DNA of 64,000 nucleotides from a virus. Lineage: Duplodnaviria; Caudoviricetes. Positions 58,913 to 64,000 of the stretch are shown in pieces; positions within the stretch are counted from its first letter, which is position 1, and each line of letters opens with the position of its first letter. The stretch lies in the IMG/VR virus record IMGVR_UViG_3300043105_000102, positions 64,001-128,000 of that record. One strand, written 5' to 3'. The translations under genes and the position numbers were made by a program. The notes under the pieces were generated by a model. It was not told where the DNA came from. It made no database searches and saw only the letters and a list, made by a program, of their open reading frames with translations.

Positions 58913-61900
58913 TTATTTACGATTAGCGTATTGGGCGGCTAGGTTAATAACATTATCGAAAGCTTCAAGGATAGAGTTCTTATCTGTAGCGTTCGGGAAC
59001 TCAGCCTTAATAGTTACTTGTTGTTCAAGCGTTCCAGCATTTGTATTAACAGAAGCAGCCACTAAATTACTAAGGCCGCCACTAGCACTTAACGCATTTA
59101 TATCTATTATTTCAGAGATTTGGCGCACTACATCAACAGCCGCCAAGAAATTATCAGTATCCTCTTTATTCAGAACTAGTTCCTTTTGGTGCAGTAAAGC
59201 CAACTTACCATCGGTAGAACCCCAATTACCAGTATAGCCGCCAGTATCATACCCACTTAGCTGGCTCTTGGTCAACCATCCTATCCATGTATTCTTGGCA
59301 GAAGCCGAATCTGTATTAACATTTCCGGGCTTAGAAGAAATATGATAAGGATACTTAGATTTTGAATTTATACCAGTAATATAGGCTGTACCAGAACCAG
59401 TACCTGTTTTTCCATTGCCACTAGATTCTTCATAATATGTGCCGGAATAAGTAACTTTATCACCAATCTGTATTTGGCCATCACCTGAAGCTGAATCAGA
59501 GCTACTGGAACCAGAGCCAGAAGAAGAAGTACTAGAGCTAGAACTAGAACTTGACTTAGTACTAGTATCTTTAGCTTGGAAAGACGACCAAGAAGCAATA
59601 ACCGCATTAAAAGACTTCACCAAAGCTTCATTCTTAGCCAAAATATTATCAATTACTTTACTATATTCTGTTTCAAAGTTTCCCACGGCGTCAATTACTT
59701 CTTCAAACTTTTGGATACTTTCATCAGCAATTTCTTGAATTGAATCACTCAATTCGCTAGATTCTTCTGAGATTTGTTCCATATCCTCGGTCATTCTTTC
59801 AGCCAATTCATCAGTAGAGGTTCCTGCCATTTCATTAGCATAATTAACTTGTTCACTATATCTTTCAGTGTATTCTATAGATTCATCGAACAAGCTTTCT
59901 AATTGCTCTATGGAGTTTCTTGCATATTCTTCAACTGTGTCATATCCAGTTTTTTGGCCAAGATAGGTTTCATTGAAACTATCAACGTAATCCATATCTA
60001 CTTGGGCACGATCGCCAGTTAATCTAACGTATTCTTCTCCATAATCTTCATAAGTCTCTATATTATTATCTAAGGTTAGATTCATTTCAGCGTCTAAGGC
60101 AGCATGTTTTTCAAGATAATCGGCTCTTGTATCATAAATAAGCTGATACCCTTCTTCGACACTAAGAACCCCATCATCAATTAAACCACTAATTTCTTGA
60201 ATCCTCTCTATAGTATCTTGGTCTAACTCCATCATTTGAGATTGAAGTGTATTGATATATTCAGCGTTTAACTTCTCCATTTCATAGAGCTTATCGGAAT
60301 AATTTTGTTCGGCATCCGCAACATCTTGGTCATTGGCGGTATACACATAACTGTAATTACCCTCAGAGTCTCTGGTCATAGTTACTTGGCTTTTGGCATT
60401 TTCAGCCTCATCCAAAGCAGCTTGCGCCAATCTTAATTCATATTCATCTCTTAAATATTCTAATTCGTATTCGCTCATTTCAACGCCATCGGCTTGATAC
60501 TGGGCGATTTCTTCTTGCAATTCTAGCAGTTCCCTTTTGGCTTTAATATTATTGGTTTCACTGGCCGACTTATCAATATCCCTCATCAGTTTAGTTAATT
60601 GATAAGCTCTTTCATAGTCCTCAACGTAAACACTAGAAGCATCTTGAGTACGTTCGAATTGCGTTTGAAGTTGTTCTAATGAACCATATATTCCGCCAAG
60701 AGCAGTAGTAGCTTCATCAACAGCATTCTGGATATTAGTGGTAAAGGCATCGCTAGCTGATTGTAAGGCATCCTCCCAAGCTGACATATATTCTTCTTGG
60801 GCGTCCCATAATTCATCTTCAATATTTTGAATCTGTTCATCCCAAAGGTCAATATCCTCAGTCAATCCCTGTTTTCTAGCTTGCTCTCGGGCGGCTTCAG
60901 CGTCAGCTAACTCCTGTTGAATTGTATCCATCTTAACTTTAGAAGCTGTCAAATTATCCACGGATTCTTTAAATATAGCTTGGTTGAAAACTGCCAATAC
61001 TTCAGAACTTAATCCTAATGTCTTTTTGCCAACCAAATCAACAATATTCATATAAGATTGAGTAACCTTTTGGAGATGCTGAATTTGAGTTATTGTTCTA
61101 TCAAGTCTATTATTATTTTCTTCAATAACATCGCCGATCTTTTCAAAAATATCTTTACGATACTGGTCAAGATTTTCACTCTCTGATAAAATCTCAGAAA
61201 GGTAATCACGAATTTGAGAAACTTCATCTTCTGTAAAGGTTGAATCCTTGCCGATAGTCTTAATGAGGTCAGCTCCTGTCATAGAACCATTCATTAAATT
61301 CGTAATTATCTTGCCGCCACTATAACCATGATTTGTAAGAATATCTCCAAGTCCAGTTTGATAGGCCGCTATTTTACCAAGGGCATCTCCAGCTTCTGAA
61401 CTAATTAGCGCAATAGCTTGGGCGGCTTCATAAGCATCATCTTCTATTTTGTTTAGATAATACTCCATTAACTGCAAGTCATCATCATTGACGTCAACCT
61501 TTAATTCAACTATATAAGTTGTTTTCTCTAACAAATCATCATAATATTCATACTGCTTTTCTAGTAAATCATTAGTTTGTTCGGCGTAAAGGTCTTGCGT
61601 TTCTTCGTATTGTTCCAGAAGCTTAGTAAACTTTTCATAATTATCTTCGGCTTTTTCAAAAGTGGCCTTAGCCGCATCATCATCAGTAGTCTTAGTATTA
61701 TAAACCGCTACGGCGGCGTTATACTTGGCTAAAGCTGCTTTCATTAAAGCTTCATAATTTGTAATGGTACCATTGGCATCATATACAGCAGCTAATCCAG
61801 TATAGCTTTGGGCGTAAGAACTAAAAGCACTCTTGTCAGCCTTTAAGTTAGCCTTAATCTGCGCAAGATATTCTTTCTGTTTTTCAATTAATTGAGATTG

Positions 61901-64000
61901 TTTAGCTATTTCTTCGTCCATTAACTTGAGCTTAGTTTTTCCAAACGCTCTATCCTTGGCCGCAGAAATTTTATCTAATTGGGCTTCTATATCTTCTAAT
62001 TGATTAAGGACTACATGATAACGTTCAATTTCATCAGAAGCTTGCTTTTTGTCTTGACTATTTCTTGAAGCAGAACGACTACTTCCACGGCGACTACCAG
62101 CAGTACGACCTCCTCTATTTAAAGAAGAATAGTTATTCGCACTGCCAGTCGGTTTTGCTGTCAGACCTGTAATCTTAGGAGTCTCAACTGTCCCTTGTGG
62201 GCCTATTTCTGTAGCAAAGGCAGAAAAATATCCCTCTTGGTCTTCATATTCTGTTGTAGTGTATTCTCTATCAATCCAATTATCTGTGTTTCCTGCATCA
62301 GGATACTCTCTGTTATGATAGGTTGTAGTAACAGGTATTCTTGAAGTAGTTGGAACAGTCGTTTCGGCGTATTCAGCTTCAAGGCTTAGCCCATCGCATA
62401 GTGCATCAACATCGGCTACAGTCATGCCCATTTCTTCTATTAACGCATTTAATCCTGCAACGAAATTTGCATCATCTACTTCTGGATTGACAGTAAGATC
62501 CATTCCAGCTAAATCATTTTCAAGCTGCTGTCTAAGACTTTCGTATGTACTTAAAAAATTATTATATTCTTCTGAACCTTCCTCAAAACCATTATTAATA
62601 GCAATATTAACGAAAATTGTATCAGCTAATGCTGATTTTAAATCATCAATAGCATCTTCGTCACCAGTGGCAGCCTTAGCAATTTCATCAAGATGACTAG
62701 TAATAAAATCGTCAGAGACATATGCCGTAGAGACATCTAATAATTCAGCAATTGCTTCTTTTGTATTTGTTAAAGCATTAGTATATTCTTCGCTAGTCTT
62801 TTCACTTTTCTTGAGAATGCTGCTCCAATAATCGCCACCATCTCCTGCGTCCACAAAGTTATCAGCTAGAGTATCTATTGCATTATTCATTTTCATAACA
62901 GTTTTAGCGTATATTTTAGCCTGCTTTTCTGTCATGTTGGTAGTTTCTTCTAAGTAGTCTGTGTATTCTGCTAGTTCTTCACTATCGAGATTTTGAGTAT
63001 CAAGAGTTTGGCTTAAATTATATGATGCCGTATTAAAAGCGTCAAGACTGATTTCTCCTTCTTTATAAGCCTTAATCAAATCTTCCAAACTATCATATTG
63101 AGACGCTTTGGCCATCTCAAGTGACCAAGATTCTGCTTGCTGCTCTGCCATTACGTTATTTAAATCTTCGATGGTATAATCAAGTTCTTGATAAGCTTCA
63201 TTTATTTCTACTACAGTCTCTTTCCACGAATCACTATCTAGGCCTTGACCCCATTCTGCTAGTTGTCCTTGGCTTTCGGTTCCTAATGCACTCATAATGC
63301 TCATTTGCTTCTTGGCTTGTTCAAAAGGATCCGCATCGCTGCCAAATTCTTTTAAACCACCAGCAATTATAGCATCGCCAATAATAGAACTAGATTGTTT
63401 TAATTCGTCTATTCTAGCGTTAAAAGTTGCATTACTATCTTTTTGAAAAACTTCTTGTAACTCTTCAGCAGCCCCAATTAGTTGATAAGTCCCATCCATC
63501 ATCATAACGAAATAGGATTTATAGGCATCATCTAAGGTCTGATAATCTTCTGCACTTATGGTATCCCCTGTCGATAAGCTACTAATTATATCATTCTGCG
63601 CTTTATAGGAAGAAGTCAATTTCTCTATAGAAGTAGAAGCAGTATCTAATGCGTCTATGAGATTATTCAATTGCTCTGTCGTAAAATCGGTTTCAATTCC
63701 AGCTTCCTTTAACGCAGTAGCTAAATCATTAGCAGAAATATCATCAAAGGACATTCCATTAATAGCATCAGCAAAACTTTGAGCCTCATTACTATCTAAT
63801 TCATTGAAAATACTCGTAAGAGCGACTAATCCCTTAGATCCACTACTTTCAAAAGCATTCTCCATTAGATTGGCAACTGATTTTTGGGCGGCCGCAGTCC
63901 ATTGATCTTTGTTTTCTAAATTCTCAAAAGCATCTTTAGCCATGGAAAGCATATTGTTGCCAATAGAGCTAAAGTCTAATTCCAAAGCTTGATTAAACTT
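58913..64000 (-). CDS. Tail tape-measure protein, C-terminal part (frame continues past the window end)
   Basis: >1690 aa helical/coiled-coil; SH3-like segment; GYDTGGYTG...ALLHQKELVLN C-terminal motif. The frame is open from 63985 to 64000. Confidence 0.85.
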   Translation of the reverse strand, partial: KFNQALELDFSSIGNNMLSMAKDAFENLENKDQWTAAAQKSVANLMENAFESSGSKGLVALTSIFNELDSNEAQSFADAINGMSFDDISANDLATALKEAGIETDFTTEQLNNLIDALDTASTSIEKLTSSYKAQNDIISSLSTGDTISAEDYQTLDDAYKSYFVMMMDGTYQLIGAAEELQEVFQKDSNATFNARIDELKQSSSIIGDAIIAGGLKEFGSDADPFEQAKKQMSIMSALGTESQGQLAEWGQGLDSDSWKETVVEINEAYQELDYTIEDLNNVMAEQQAESWSLEMAKASQYDSLEDLIKAYKEGEISLDAFNTASYNLSQTLDTQNLDSEELAEYTDYLEETTNMTEKQAKIYAKTVMKMNNAIDTLADNFVDAGDGGDYWSSILKKSEKTSEEYTNALTNTKEAIAELLDVSTAYVSDDFITSHLDEIAKAATGDEDAIDDLKSALADTIFVNIAINNGFEEGSEEYNNFLSTYESLRQQLENDLAGMDLTVNPEVDDANFVAGLNALIEEMGMTVADVDALCDGLSLEAEYAETTVPTTSRIPVTTTYHNREYPDAGNTDNWIDREYTTTEYEDQEGYFSAFATEIGPQGTVETPKITGLTAKPTGSANNYSSLNRGGRTAGSRRGSSRSASRNSQDKKQASDEIERYHVVLNQLEDIEAQLDKISAAKDRAFGKTKLKLMDEEIAKQSQLIEKQKEYLAQIKANLKADKSAFSSYAQSYTGLAAVYDANGTITNYEALMKAALAKYNAAVAVYNTKTTDDDAAKATFEKAEDNYEKFTKLLEQYEETQDLYAEQTNDLLEKQYEYYDDLLEKTTYIVELKVDVNDDDLQLMEYYLNKIEDDAYEAAQAIALISSEAGDALGKIAAYQTGLGDILTNHGYSGGKIITNLMNGSMTGADLIKTIGKDSTFTEDEVSQIRDYLSEILSESENLDQYRKDIFEKIGDVIEENNNRLDRTITQIQHLQKVTQSYMNIVDLVGKKTLGLSSEVLAVFNQAIFKESVDNLTASKVKMDTIQQELADAEAAREQARKQGLTEDIDLWDEQIQNIEDELWDAQEEYMSAWEDALQSASDAFTTNIQNAVDEATTALGGIYGSLEQLQTQFERTQDASSVYVEDYERAYQLTKLMRDIDKSASETNNIKAKRELLELQEEIAQYQADGVEMSEYELEYLRDEYELRLAQAALDEAENAKSQVTMTRDSEGNYSYVYTANDQDVADAEQNYSDKLYEMEKLNAEYINTLQSQMMELDQDTIERIQEISGLIDDGVLSVEEGYQLIYDTRADYLEKHAALDAEMNLTLDNNIETYEDYGEEYVRLTGDRAQVDMDYVDSFNETYLGQKTGYDTVEEYARNSIEQLESLFDESIEYTERYSEQVNYANEMAGTSTDELAERMTEDMEQISEESSELSDSIQEIADESIQKFEEVIDAVGNFETEYSKVIDNILAKNEALVKSFNAVIASWSSFQAKDTSTKSSSSSSSSTSSSGSGSSSSDSASGDGQIQIGDKVTYSGTYYEESSGNGKTGTGSGTAYITGINSKSKYPYHISSKPGNVNTDSASAKNTWIGWLTKSQLSGYDTGGYTGNWGSTDGKLALLHQKELVLNKEDTDNFLAAVDVVRQISEIIDINALSASGGLSNLVAASVNTNAGTLEQQVTIKAEFPNATDKNSILEAFDNVINLAAQYANRK

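Noticed and set aside
59490-59570. Ser-rich low-complexity repeat in the tape-measure gene
   Set aside because: An ordinary flexible linker before the SH3-like segment.
929-62696. Short overlapping or antisense track ORFs (e.g. 929, 4254, 4764, 7956, 9087, 9412, 10889, 13729, 27996, 38742, 48951, 54845, 62424)
   Set aside because: They shadow longer, motif-supported genes or introns and lack an RBS or recognisable motifs.
1-64000. CRISPR array, tRNA/rRNA genes, IS/IStron, group II intron or diversity-generating retroelement
   Set aside because: I saw no regular repeat-spacer array, cloverleaf, transposase/TnpB or reverse transcriptase. This was by eye only; tRNAscan-SE and Infernal would be decisive.

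Overview
64 kb from a large AT-rich tailed dsDNA phage, probably infecting an anaerobic Bacillota/Clostridia host (GGAGG ribosome-binding sites, sigmaA-type promoters, class III RNR). The + strand (1-18.7 kb) carries replication and nucleotide genes: RecJ-like 3' end, RecD/Dda-like helicase, DnaE-type polymerase, guanylate kinase, nrdD/nrdG, dUTPase and a RuvC-like resolvase. The - strand (18.8-64 kb) carries tail/baseplate/fibre genes, a tape-measure protein truncated by the window end, a holin and a five-gene module of unknown function. The ORF track is fragmented because 11 group I introns interrupt five genes (helicase x1, dnaE x4, nrdD x3, dut x1, an uncharacterised membrane gene x2). Four introns carry homing endonucleases. 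I derived all splice junctions by hand from P1/P10 pairing and the terminal G; each restores frame and the expected protein motif. The main finding is not explained by splicing: the helicase Walker A motif and the DnaE PHP HxH motif are each broken by a tiny stop-containing, frame-shifting insert (8 and 5 nt). In both, a coding-region inverted repeat ends exactly one codon before the stop. This suggests a compact programmed translational-bypassing (or micro-excision) system gating two replication genes. Also seen: tandem NrdR boxes before nrdD, a candidate phage late-promoter motif, a CotH-like kinase domain in a giant tail-region protein, and strong over-representation of GGCGGCC. All family assignments come from motif recognition, not database searches.
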